64,000 nt of DNA from Azolla caroliniana (Eukaryota > Plantae > Polypodiophyta): assembly GCA_043228905.1 (NCBI GenBank), contig JBHGNT010000001.1, forward strand, positions 4,650,001 to 4,714,000. Reading direction: 5' to 3'. Position 1 is the first letter of the stretch, and every line of letters begins with the position of its first letter. Shown here in pieces: positions 24,292 to 37,235 of this stretch. Both the position numbers and the translations under genes were made by a program. Below the pieces are notes generated by a model. The model was given only the letters and a program-made list of their open reading frames with translations, was not told the origin of the DNA and ran no database searches.

Positions 24292-24516
24292 TGTCATGTA
24301 TGTACATATGTTCCTACATATGCCCTTTATGAAAGTGGGTCTATGGACACATACATACATACACACACATATCATGTATGTGACATACATATGTTTCTAT
24401 ATACATATGCCCCCTATGAAAGTGGGTCTATGTACACACACATACACACACACACAAGTGATGTATGTACATATGTTCCTACATATGCTCCCTATGAAAG
24501 TGGGTCTATGTACACA

Positions 24517-24547
<31 letters not shown>
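24290..24547. repeat. Three-copy ~80-87 bp tandem repeat with CA/TACA microsatellite linkers
   Basis: Core CATATGCYCYYTATGAAAGTGGGTCTATGKACAC; GAAAGTGGGT at 24331, 24418 and 24496. Confidence 0.9.
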
Positions 24548-24548
<1 letters not shown>

Positions 24549-24752
24549 GAGTTTGGTGGCTTTTTCACAGGAAATCGGAAGTCCAGAGAGAGAGAGAGAG
24601 AGAATTTATTCTGTGTGCAGGATTCCCCGGATCCACACACACACAGAAGAAAAAGAAGAAGAAGAAGAAGAAGGAGAAGGAGAAGGAGAAGGAGAAGGAG
24701 AAGGAGAAGAATAAGCCCTTATCTTTCTCTGATACAGGAATTTAAGAAAGCA

Positions 24753-27700
24753 ATGGCACCTCAAATCACCTCCAAGACAAGCACAATGACAAGCACAATC
24801 ACCACAATTAATGGCAATGCTTCAAATGCCCCCGTCCTCACCAGCGCGTTGTATGTGTGGGGCTACAATGACAGAGGACAGACGGCATCCAGCCCACACG
24901 TGCGCAAGTGCCTCCGGATCCCAAAGCCTGTTTCTCCCTCCCTCTTCCGCTCACATCAAAATCAAAATCAAAATCAACACCAACACCAACCTAAATCTGA
25001 ATATGTCACTTCTGCGAACAACTACACCAACAATATCAGAATGCTTGACATTGCTTGTGGTCTCCAACATACTGCCACGGTCACCTCCGATGGCTCCTTG
25101 TTCACATGGGGTAGGCAAAACTTACTCTTTTCTCTTTTTCTGAAGGGAGAAAACCCCAGATACCCCTCTCCCCCCTCAAATAAACTGATTTTTTCTTATT
25201 GCCTTGTATGCACTTACGTTTTGGTATTTCCTCAATCGCTCCCTATGCCCCTTTGTCAACTTCTAAAAGAGAAAAATAAGAGAATTAATTAACCTCACAT
25301 TTAATTTCTCAAAATACCTCATATAATTGAGGGAAAGGGAATTAATTGACCAAATTCTAGGAAAATTGTCAACGGTATTTGGGTGAAGGACGAAAATAAA
25401 GGGGCATCTGGGGAAATAAAGAAAGCTAGGAGGTATCTGGGAGTTTCCCTTTTCTCTAATCCTCTTTTTTTGTTTGATGCTTTTTCGTTTCCCTTTTCAT
25501 ACCCAAATATGTTTTTTTCCTCCTATATTGATTGTCGTGGTGGTGGTGTGTATTTTATTTTTGTATTTATTTCTAGGTGAATTTTAGGGTGATTAAGTAA
25601 TGGAATGCATTTCTCAAACAATTTGAATATGTCATGACATAGATTCTGCAATATTTTTGAATCTGATATGGATCATCTGATCCAGAAGGCTATTTCTGCA
25701 ATGCAGAATTGGGAATGACCATATGGGATTTGTATGTGTGGATTTTGAATAGTTGTTATCCATAAAATCCACTAGAAGTTTCTTTTGTTGGATATGATGG
25801 GTTTTCGCAAGACACACTTTGCATGCAGAAAAGTACCACTATCAAAGGGATATATGCACACAAATTGTATAAGAAAATGATGTTATTTTTTTCATGAAAA
25901 ATCCACAGGTAATGTTTCTGATATAGGCCATGAATAGATGTGGTACAAAGTTTTTATAGTATTGGTACATAATGAACTATTATTCAAGATTTTGAAGGAG
26001 ACCTATTGTTTTAATAATTGGTTCTTGAGTGTTTTTGCCGTTCAAAGAGTTGGCACATTCTTATTTTATACACTTTGTTTTTGGGCATTGTTAACTTTAG
26101 GCCACAAAGCCTATTTCTGCATGATCAATCTTTCAACCTCGGAATCTGAAAACTTTTTCCTTAGTATTCACTAAATTTAGGAACTTTATCAGAGATTGAA
26201 TACAGCATTAATAATTCATCTGATATGTAAGGAAAGACATGGACCAAATAGGGTTTTGAACGATTAAGCACACCAGAAATATTTTTCTTGGACTGTCGAT
26301 TAAATATAACTGCCTGCAAATTAGAGGGTGTTTTACTGTCTATTTGTCCACATCTTCACACTTAACTTGGAATGGTGTAGAGGGTTATCTTCAGCAATGC
26401 TCATTTGGAAGGCAACGTTGGAATTGATGCTGCAGTAGCAATATATTCTAAATTGGTATGCCGACTACAAAATTTTGTTGTCATCATAATCTTTATTTTT
26501 CTTGCAACTGATTAGAGCTTAAGGGGGTAATCTTATAGCAATGAGAAATGTAATAAGACATGAAAAAAAATACTGAGAATTCAGTATGGATGGTACACCC
26601 TTTGAGTTGCGCATCATTGTTTATGCAAAAACTTCCAGCCATGACATCTATATTTTTGCAATTGTTATTGATTAGGCAATGGTTCATTCTAGTCATTCTA
26701 TTGACTAAGCTATAGTCCATAGTTGATTTTGCCATTTCCGGAATATTAATGAACTGCATCCTGTTACTTTAGTGTGCATTTGTGAAGATCGTTTGGGTAG
26801 TCTTAAATTATGCAGTCATTTAGTTTGCTCAACACGTGGTTAATCATGATGGTTTAATAGCTGGCAAAGTGGAGTCTCCAGATGTGACAACCCTACCTGT
26901 AGTCCAAGTCTCAAGTAGTTATGAAGCCCATCAAGGTCTTGTGCCTTGTGAGTTCCCTTTATGTATTGTATTAAAAGAGAACCAAATATATATTAATATA
27001 GAGGTCAAAATGGACTGCAAGTCCAAAACAGAGATTACATCTTAAAATTTTGTTCTCACCTTTGAGAACAAACCCTATTATTATCTCTTAAGAGGCCAAA
27101 ATGGTCTAGGAGACCATAAGAGAGATTATATCTCAAAATTTTGTTGCGGATTGGAGAACAACAATCCTTAATATCATCTCAGAGAATTAGATAAGTAAAC
27201 ACAAGGCCCTAGGAGCTCTGACAAGAATTAGAGATAAAAGCAAAAATGATTGACTTTTGGAAAAGGAGATGATGAAGCTTTCATACTTTTGAAATTAAGA
27301 TAAGCCAGCATATATTTAAACCCTTTGAGTAAGATTTCCATGGCTGGTAAAATGATCACTTGGGTGTTACAATGTCCTGCAGCTGATCCTATTTCGATGA
27401 CATTCAATCATTAGGGGGGAATTATCATTGTGACCTAATTCTCCCCTTGTTTTTATATTTCGAAGCACTTGTGTAAAACATAACATGAATGCATTTTGAC
27501 TGGGTAAACCAGCCTGTTACAATGCTCCCTTCTGAAGAAGAATGGATCACAAAGTAGTCTAAAAGGGCTATGTAGTCACTATCTTTAACTTCTCGATACT
27601 ACCAGTCTGATTTTTTTATTGGGAGGAGTGGTGGCTGCTGTATTAATTAACTGAGGTTATCGATTTTTTTTTTGTTTCTCCTGTATAGTATATATGCTTC

Positions 27701-30700
27701 CCGAAGGTAAATATAATGTCTGAATTTTCCAGATGCAAGAAATCATGTGTGTCTGATCAAATGCTTCTACAGGTTCAAATGAATTTGGTCAGCTTGGTGA
27801 TGGAACTGAGGATGGTTGTGTTGAACCAAAGAGAGTTGAAGCATTAGATCAGGAGTTTGTAAAGTCTGTTGCATGTGGCGCGAATTGCACTGCAGCCATT
27901 GCTCGACCTCGAAAGGTGTCTCAAGGTGATTCTCCGACTACAAGACTTTGGGTTTGGGGTCAAAATCAGGTAACAAATATTCTCTGTAACTGGTCTCTCC
28001 AGAGACCAGAATTTGTTTCGTAATAGGGTTTGTGCCTTGTAGATGGAGGGGAAGTGCATAATGTTTTCTATTTAATTTTTTTCAGGGATCAAACTATCCT
28101 CAAGTCTTTTACGGTGCTTTTCCTCAAACCTTGGTATGTGAAATAACGTTCAGCTTCGAATAGATGTCATACTGCTGCTACACATTTCGTTACATGTGGT
28201 ATCTTTGGCGTGAATAAATGACATGTTGCTTGTATTTTATTGGTAATGTAAAACATGCTGTCGTTGAATGAAACATATTCAAACTAGTACTGTATCAATT
28301 TACGACTCTTTTTCATGTTATGCACAGACGAGCAAACATTGTAAGAATCTCTTTTTTGGCCTCTTAAAAGACGTTAATATAATTTTCTTTCTTTCTATGA
28401 AAACAACATCATATACTTTTATGTTTGATGACTTTCTAGATTGGAATATCTCTTCATTGAGCATTTCATTTTCAATTAGACCCCTTATTAGATACCAACC
28501 TCTTTCAACAAGTAATCACTTGTCCTTTGAGTTTTATATCCTACTCTTAAAATTCACGAGAAGTTTCTCATTTCTCTTGCAGTTGAGTATTACCTCGCTT
28601 GGTAGGAGAGTCTATGCCTAATTATTTTATTGCCATAGTGCGCTCTCCACACATGATCTTTCAGAAAATGAACACACATAAGGTCAGAACAAACCACGGA
28701 AAAGTATAAAAATATAATTTTTTTCAAAATTAAACAATTTCCGTAGTTCCAATGTGTCAAAGAGTGAATGCTGAATTAAGACAGGCATAATACCAACCAT
28801 AGGTTTATGGAGCTAGACACCAAAATCATGCAACTTCATAGACTCTTGCTATCATTCATATGTTAATTCATGGAAATTTCTCACAGTTAATTTGTTAGGT
28901 GGTGCAATTCATGTTGAATGTGCGTGACCAAGTGTCAGTGCGAAAACTACAAAATTATTGCCATTCTCATTTCAGAGTCCAATCTCAGTTTTTTGTCTTC
29001 TTGGTTGCTCCTCTTGTCTCTCACATAGTATCACTGCTCTTTCGTGGTATTTATTAAAGTTCCTATTGGAAAGCGCTTGAAGCTGTTATTATAACCAGTG
29101 TGTTATTGTCTTGTTCTCACTTACAAAGATTGAATTCTATCATTAGAAGTTTGAGCACATGCCCGACTACTTAAAATTTGAATTTTTAACTGCTTATTGT
29201 GGTTAAACAGGCAGTGATTCAGGTAGCTTGTGGAGCATCGCATGTTGCAGCACTCTCTGAGCTGGGAACAATGCAATGCTGGGGTAATATGACTGATTAT
29301 AGCACTTGTATACACATGCAAATATATCAACCTATGAAAATATGAATTTTATTATGTTAATATTTCAAGTTTCTCAAACTATTGATCAGATTGCTTTTTA
29401 ATGTGTTTTTTCGTAGGTTATAATGAGTATGGTCAATTGGGTAGAGGTTTCAGCTGTGAAGGACGTCAAGAAGCTCGTATTGTTAACAAATTTGTTAAGT
29501 TTCTAGATGAGCCTCCAGAAGATGTTCAAATAAGTCAAATAGCATGTGGAGATAATCATACAGCTGCAGTTTCTTTATCGGGGGATGTGTAAGTTAATAT
29601 TGTCAAGATTTATATGCAAAACTTTGATCAGTTTCCAGCAGGCAGTTTAATAATGCATTGCTGGAATGGGATATGTAAATATCATTTTATTTGCTGCAAT
29701 CAATTATCGTTAAATCCATGAAATTACATCTAATTTTCTTGAGTTCTGTTACCACTTCTGTTGCTTTACGCACATCAAAATCTTTGCAGCAGAAACTTCT
29801 AGAAAGAAGAACTGTCCACCGTTTCTTATTGTGGTTATTTGGAGGCTACATTGAATATTCAGAATATTCCTCCCATATAATAATTATTTCTTAGAAATTG
29901 TAGTGAGTGTAATGATCTCGGGTGTTTTGTCTTTTTTTAGGTTGTGACTATTTTTTTTATGTGCTGAGTATTTGATTTTTTTTTGCAAGATTTCTAAAGT
30001 TCTGTTCACATTACAATTGCAATTTTTAAATTAATTTGCAATTTACAGACATCTTATGTATGTTCATAAATGTTTGAGTTTCCTATGGTTGGTTTGAAAT
30101 TGTTGTATTTTTTAGGCATAGCAAAAGAGGATAGTGCTATTATGTGATGCAAATTTTGCTAAGAATTTAATTTGTCCTTGAATCACCATGCAGTGACTCT
30201 ACCATGTAATGATTTTTGATGATTTGTCTTCTTTCTCCTACCGTCCCACATATTAACGTCTATCCTTACTTATTGTCTCTTTTGTCTCCTACTAATCATT
30301 AGGGCTGGCTTTACATCTTGTTGGTAATGTTAATCAGCGATATGCATTCTTATTCCCCTCTTTGTTTCGCAATAATTGAAGCATTCATTCCTTTTGCTCT
30401 GTACAGGTACACATGGGGTTTAGGTCACATGGGGCAGCTCGGACATCGCACCTTGCAATCTCCTCAGAAAGAAGTTCTACCAAGAAGAGTAGTTGGTCTT
30501 GAAGGTGTGAAAATCAGGGACATTGCATGTGGAGGCGTCCATACATGTGCATTGTCAGAATCTGGAGCTCTATATATGTGGGGTGGTGGTCAAGCTGGAC
30601 AGTTAGGGATAGGCCCACAATCCGACTCATTCTCTTGCTATTCAAATGATCTAAGCTTATTTTCACGTCACCTCCCTACGCTTCTTGTTCCACGTGGTGT

Positions 30701-31861
30701 TCAACTAGTGACCTGTGGGCAATGTCACACTCTGGCTGCAATGAGCGATGGACGTGTGCTTGGATGGGGCTATAATAGTTGTGGTCAGGCGGCCACTGGA
30801 AAGTCTCCATATGCATGGTACCCGTCCCCTATAGATTGGTAAGTGCCATTGCATAGCATCAATGATATACGAATATATATTATGTAATGGAGAAAAACTC
30901 CAACATACCTCACATTTGCCACATTTACGAGAGCCCTAGGCTCTTAAAATTTACCAGAATGCACCTCCCTTGGCTTTTAAAAGTTGTTCAAAATGCCCCT
31001 CCAATTTCGTTATAGACAATTTGCAGTGGTTAATTGGACACACAAAATTCAAATTTACCCATCTAAGCAAATTAAATAACGGAGAAACACCAGCATACCC
31101 TGTCATTTTGCACATTTACTAGCATAGCCCGAGGCACTTGAAATTTACTGGAATGCACCTCCCATGTCTCCAATTTCGTTATAACTAGTTTACTAGGTAG
31201 GAAAAAGTGTTTGTTTGGGGTATATTGGTATTTTTCTTCTGTATAATAAAAGGTTAAACCAGACAAGAAGAACCCTAACTTCGTTGGGTATATTTACCGT
31301 AATACCTCCAAGTTTTAGAAAATGACTAGAATGTGCCTCTGCACAACCAATATGACTACAACAGACAGCTATTCTGGTATCATCTGTAAACATAGGGGTA
31401 TTCTTGTTGGTAAATATTCAACAAGTTCTGGGGAGTTCTTGGTGTTTTGGCCCTATACTGAAACCTTGATGATGAAGAGGGACGGGGTGCGTTTCCAGCA
31501 TAAACGCCAAGGTATCACAAGATCAATGTTGATGACAGGTGTGTAGGAGAAGTGCGGCGACTGGCAGCAGGAGGTGGCCATTCAGCTGTTCTGACACAAG
31601 CTTGTTCATTGAAAGAACTTTGTGAGCTTAAGCTTGCTGAAACAGTGACTCCTGAGAATTGTTTGAAAATCGAAGAAATTGCCGCACGAAATCATGCTGA
31701 CACTCTGGTGCGATTCTGCGAACAAGTCAGGTTTGGTTTTTAAAATCCTTTTTCTTTTTCCTTTTGTTAGTTAACAAGGTTTTATTTTTTTATCTGTATT
31801 TCTGCTCATTTTGTTTTATGCCAGGTCTTATGCACTAGTGGGAGGGGATGAATATGATTGA
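24753..31861 (+). CDS. RCC1-repeat beta-propeller (UVR8-like family) protein with C-terminal helical tail
   Basis: Exons 24753-25110, 27773-27969, 28086-28133, 29211-29283, 29417-29588, 30407-30838, 31539-31730, 31825-31861, all phase-consistent. Repeated WGxNxxGQLG and IACGxxHT motifs. It lacks the UVR8 GWRHT triad, so it is not UVR8 itself. Confidence 0.93.
25144..25450. mobile_element. Non-autonomous MULE-like MITE in RCC1 intron 1
   Basis: TIRs AGGGAGAAAACCCCAGATACC / GGTATCTGGGAGTTTCCCT; 9-bp flanks TTTTTCTGA vs TTTCTCTAA (7/9 identical). Confidence 0.6.
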
Positions 31862-33178
31862 TGCTCCTCCTTTATTCTTATATGTTGTACTCTTTGTAGA
31901 AAAACTTACCATATTTGGGTAGAAATTTGAAACTACACTTAAGCATGATTTGGTTTATCGATAATTTGCACATTGCAATGTATATAGAAAGGAAAAAGAA
32001 AAACATTTTTCACATGGACCTTGGTGAACATAAAATTAAAAAAAAGGCTCCTGATGTACTACTTTAACAAAGCTAATTTTGTTTGGATTTTGTTGTGCAT
32101 TTCAATTTGCACTATAAGCTTTTCACGCTATTTACTTGAGAATAATAACATTTAATGTCTCAGTAGGCAGGATTTCTTCTGTATAGTTGGTGTATCAAAA
32201 GTTATTTTTGGTTCTGCCCAAGTTCGCTCCTATGGGAAAAATATTACTTAATGAAGTTAATACTATTCTTTCTCAACACCTTTGCAACAACTCTTCTTAG
32301 ATAATGTTCTTTTACTATAATTTTTATGTTGACAATGTAAAGTTGTACAAGAAGTATAAGAAACATTTTGACACAGATAAATCTCATGACTATCTTGTGT
32401 TTCTTGTTACTGTTGCTTGCCCACCATCATCATATGAAGGAAAATATTTAGTCATCATGGTTATATGTTGTGTAGTTATTCTTCATGTGTGGTGCCCTAA
32501 TTATCTATTGCCTTATGGAGCATTATGATCTTTTGAATAAATTAAGAAACAATGAACATAACAATGGCAGATTAAGAAACACATCTTCATCAATTTAACT
32601 GATCACCTTACTTATCATCCATGTACACAACAGTGACACAATAAGAAACAGAGCCTTAATCCACGTACAAATTAGAACATTAAGAAGTTGGATATAACAA
32701 ATTTAACATAACTTAGTGACATAAAGAAGTATTGCTTAAATCCATGTACAAACCATGCACTAATAAAAAGGAAAGTTCATGTAACAGACTAGAAATTAGA
32801 TGTTGGGCAACATAATTTGACTTGATTTAACCACAACAGACTGTACATATTTTCATCAGTCACCATAACCAATTTGAGGTCAGACTATGGCTAAGGTGAC
32901 TGACAACCCCTAACTTTAAAAACCGATTTATCATTGGCTTCTGGCTAATGTGACTTAAACCACTCCCAACTAGTGGCGTACCTAAGTTAGTTATGCATTT
33001 TCTTTTTGTATTTTTGTTGCATCTTTGGGAACTAAAAGGATGAAAAATTACATGAAAACAAAGTGATGAAAATTCTTCTATACAGTGCTAGATATATGTG
33101 CAGACGAAACTGAAAAGGAGTCTAGAAAGTAGCCAAGAGAGGCGAAAATGTCTATGTCAAAGTATCAACAACAGGTTT

Positions 33179-34344
33179 TCATCGAGGTTGATGAATTGTT
33201 TTGCTGCACAGTGCAGATTTCTGTGGCCGGAGTATAGGTTTTGGAGGAGGTAAAGGTTTCGAATACATCTCTTCTTGTTTCTTCTTCTTCTTCGGCTTCA
33301 AATGGCTCAGCACCATGTCTATTTTCTCTGTACCTGCTCACAAGTAAACACGTAAGTTAGTTACAGGTTGGATCTAAAAAAACGAAACAAACCGAAAGAA
33401 TACCACATACTGAAAGATAACTATAAGCCCAGAGTTCTTGTTTATTTCCATACACATCGTTGAGGTTCCATTGTTACCCTACAGGATTGATCCTGACCCT
33501 GACCATCTAATTGAAATAGAGTTAGATCGGCTCACGCTGACCATCTAATTGTTCTGTAGGTGGATTGATCACTAGCATTTGGGGACGTAACCACAAAATA
33601 GGGATATTTGGGGCAAAAAAAAAGTTTTTCAAGGGGGAGAGAAATCGCATGTGCAAGAGATACAGAAAAACCTAGTTCTCGAATGATTGAAAAATCAGGA
33701 TTTGCGAGAGAAAGATTCTAAATTTCAGCGAAACCCTATATTATAGGGCAGATGTGCTGATAAAAATACCAGATCTAACCTCATATATCCTAAAACGAAC
33801 ACGAAACTGGAAGCGTAAAGCAAACTATGTCGACGTTTTCAACACAACCTAATTTAGGAGGTACAAGAGAAAGCTTACATATCTCATTAAGAGACTAAAC
33901 CCTGATTCACCGAATAGACCGATGTGGGAAGGTGCAGAAAACGCAGCTAAACCAAATTCAGAAAATGAACATAGAAAACTGTATATTATACTCACTTGAG
34001 AAAGGAGGCATATTTTCTGAGTCCAGCTGAAACTTATTAAATTCCATAGCTAAATCGACATCGACCACGACTTCGACCTCAGCAGATCCATGATCAAATC
34101 CGTCGTTTTCACTTTTCTTCGTCATTGGATGATGCTGAAGAAGAAATTGGTCAGGATCGGTTAAGCAATACTCGTGAAGCCAATACTCACGGAAGGCGGG
34201 ACAGGTGTGAACGAGGCACCACCACTCAGGTGAGAAATCCTCGGCAGCAAGGAAGGCGGCAGGGACGAAGAGAGGTGCATTAGGGTTGAGGGTTAGGGTT
34301 TCTCTTTTCATGGACGCAGGAATGGACGTAGCCAGAGCAGCCAT
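33179..34344 (-). CDS. ERD15: ERD15/CID-like PAM2-motif (PABP-interacting) protein
   Basis: Exon 1 34344-33996 ([13 protein letters not shown]2 motif; [18 protein letters not shown]) splices in phase 1 to exon 2 33333-33179, which ends in the family-typical IHQPR*. Confidence 0.9.
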
Positions 34345-34605
34345 AGCCACCGTGTAGGTTTTTGTAGGATGGGATGGAGGGAGTCTAGGGTAAAGGGTTA
34401 TGGGTTGTCTTCAGGAAGAGGGTGTGCAGTGTGAAAGAAAGAAGAAGAGGTGGGGTTATGGAAGAGGGGGGGGGGGGGGGGGGGAAAGAGAGAAATAGAA
34501 GAAGGAAAATTAGGGTTTAGTTATCTGTGAGGAAGGAGGGAAAGGAAGAGGTGTGGAGAAGTAGCAGAGTAAACAAGGAAACTACATATATATATATCAA
34601 AGAAC

Positions 34606-34637
<32 letters not shown>

Positions 34638-36451
34638 CATAAAGACTACTACTAGTACTAGGCACACACACGAAAAGCTGATGGCCACCGCCCATCGGCC
34701 TTATTTGTCCTCCCCTCTCGTCCGATCCGCCCATTTGCCCCTCTCATCAATGAATGAATGCCCTTCCTTGCGCGGCCATATAAAATGCCGATCTATATAT
34801 GCTACTTTCGTTCCTATGTTGTGTTCCAGATAGACCCCTGAATCTCTTGTCACGATACATTGTTGCTGTAAATCAAACAAACGGCCTCGCCTGCCTACCT
34901 GCCTGAGTGTGGTCCGGTGTCGTCTTGTCCACATGGGGCTTGCCAGCCTGAGAGCCGTGTGATTAAGACTCATCAAAAGCTCCTTTTTTGTGGGCCATAT
35001 GAATGAAAAGCGGATGAGCATTAGTGGGGAAAAGGAAGGTGAAATGATGTGGCAAACAAATATCTTGGCGTTGGTATTGAGGCACTTTGCAAGATCATGT
35101 TCCAACTTTAATATTTTTTACACAACGGGGGCTTGAGCATATGACCTATTGAATCATCTCTTTTATTCTTGAGTGTGGCCGGACATGTGGGCATTAGAGT
35201 GGGTGTAAACAATGGGCAACATAAATCCTTATGTTTTCATAATAGCAACTTGCAACCTTCATGCTACCGAGATGGTGTGCACATGTTCCAATTGTAGGCA
35301 CGGGTTCAAGTACTTGCTACAAGGCTCGTTGTGAGGGCATCCTTTGGAGTCTCTCGAGATTTTTTTCATTGCTTGTGAAAATAGAACTAGCTAGGTTTAG
35401 ACTTTGTTTTGTTAGCGATGTATTAGGACAAATGGCATTTTTTTGAAGGTCTTTGTTGTAGATCCTTGAAATCTCTTGTATTTAGTATGTATTGTAATTA
35501 ACTGCTAAGTTAATTTGGTCTTCATGTATAGAAAAAAGGATTATAAAGAAGTTATTGGTCTTTTAATCCTCCGATCTTTGCATCGGATATTTCATGTATA
35601 GAAAAAGAATGAGGAAGTTTTTTGTTATCCATGTACTCAATTGTTTCTCTTGAAAAAGCATACAATTTTCATTAAAGCAAACAAACATGTGGCTTTATCT
35701 TAAATATCTAACACCATGAGCAACACCGCCATTGAAAAGTACATGTAGTAAGTCTTGGTTGTCCTATAAACGTGCCAATAGTCGAGACATCAATACAAAT
35801 AAGGGGCAAGAACTAAAGCGCGTGGGAAACAAACCACCACCTCTGAAGACCCAAAATTTCACATCAGTGAATTCAACAAGTGAGTGTAACCCATATTTAA
35901 ACCCTTACAAGCATCTCTTTTACATTTTGCTCCACGGAAGTGAGTGCCATTTTGGTGATCAGTGATGTTTAAAGTGACACAATATAATTTCCTATTCCTT
36001 GGTACCCTTTTTATGCTAGTCATACATTTATGAGGATAACGATTGCTCCCCCCCCCCCCCCCCCCCCTTCCTATAACTTAAGCTATGATAATACCGCCCC
36101 TAACTTTCTTGAAGTTGCATAAACTAAAGCAACTTTTCAAAACCATTGTTTACAATTATCCATCATCAACAACAACATTCTTCCTAAGACTATGTTAATA
36201 GTAGGGCATTCATGATCTTCACAATGATTTACCATGGAGAATGTGGCGTGGACACATTTTTGAGACCTAAGGGGTTCTGGGTGGACAAAAGTGCCTATGA
36301 TAATGTATCTTGATAATTGTCTCTCTTTTTGTGGTTGTTGCCTTGGTGGTTTACACCATAGCATCAAAGTCATAAAATTGAGAGAACCCAGGTTTCATCT
36401 TTGCCATGGGCGAGGCCCCCTCATAGATTGCAATTTGTCTCCGGTGGATGT

Positions 36452-36509
<58 letters not shown>

Positions 36510-36665
36510 TCAATATGCTCTTATTTAGAACAGATCCAATTATGGTTTTCTATTTTTTTGGTTAATATTACTAGAGGGCAACGTTAATGCGAGATGAAAA
36601 GAGTAAATTTCAAGGCAATCAAATGAACCACCAATCCAATATTTCTATTCTTCTCTAGTGAGTTG

Positions 36666-36904
36666 AACTTGCAATATTGAATAAAGCATACTATCACTTC
36701 ATCTATTGAATATCCTTTGCATTTTTAATGAGAGATGGCATCTATAGCTAAGCACCTTATGGCCATCACCCTTGACTTCATCTAAAACTTGCAATATTGA
36801 ATAAAGCATACTATCATTTCATCTATTGAATATCCTTTGCATTTTAATGGGAGATGGCATGTATAACTAAGCACCTTATGGCCATCACCCTTGACTTGAT
36901 CTAA
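36666..36904. repeat. ~120-bp tandem duplication, slightly diverged
   Basis: AACTTGCAATATTGAATAAAGCATAC... starts at 36666 and 36786, with a few substitutions and a 1-bp indel. Confidence 0.92.
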
Positions 36905-37235
36905 AAATGAAAGACAAAGAGTTTAAAACATTGTCCTACTTCACATGGCCTTGTACAACCAACAAATGAAGGACCTCACATGGCCTTGTGCAACATTGAC
37001 TTTGTGCTTGTCTCAGTTTTTAGAGTTCTACTTACAATATTCATGTTGGTAATCGCCTTTATCTTCTTAGATGTTATTTTAATTCCACTGTTTTACAACT
37101 AGCCAAGGATCCTTGAGGTATCATTCATTTCTTTGGAAAAATCAGGCACAAACAAGAATGTTAATCATGATCATCATAACACAGTCATTGGCAAGAATGT
37201 TAATCATGATCATTATAACACAGACATCTGAGGAA

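Noticed and set aside
24290-24547. CRISPR-like repeat-spacer appearance (also 21265-22160)
   Set aside because: Spacers are similar to each other or low-complexity, repeats are degenerate, no cas genes, eukaryotic context.
24067-24745. 160/192-aa ORFs and the poly-Arg extension of ORF 24615
   Set aside because: Products of CA, TACA and GAA/GGAGAA repeats; the real start is the ATG at 24753.
24753-31861. Calling the RCC1 gene UVR8
   Set aside because: No GWRHT motifs or VP-containing C27 tail.
34465-34483. Poly-G run (and poly-C at ~36047-36067) as a functional G4
   Set aside because: Simple homopolymers of unreliable length with no supporting context.
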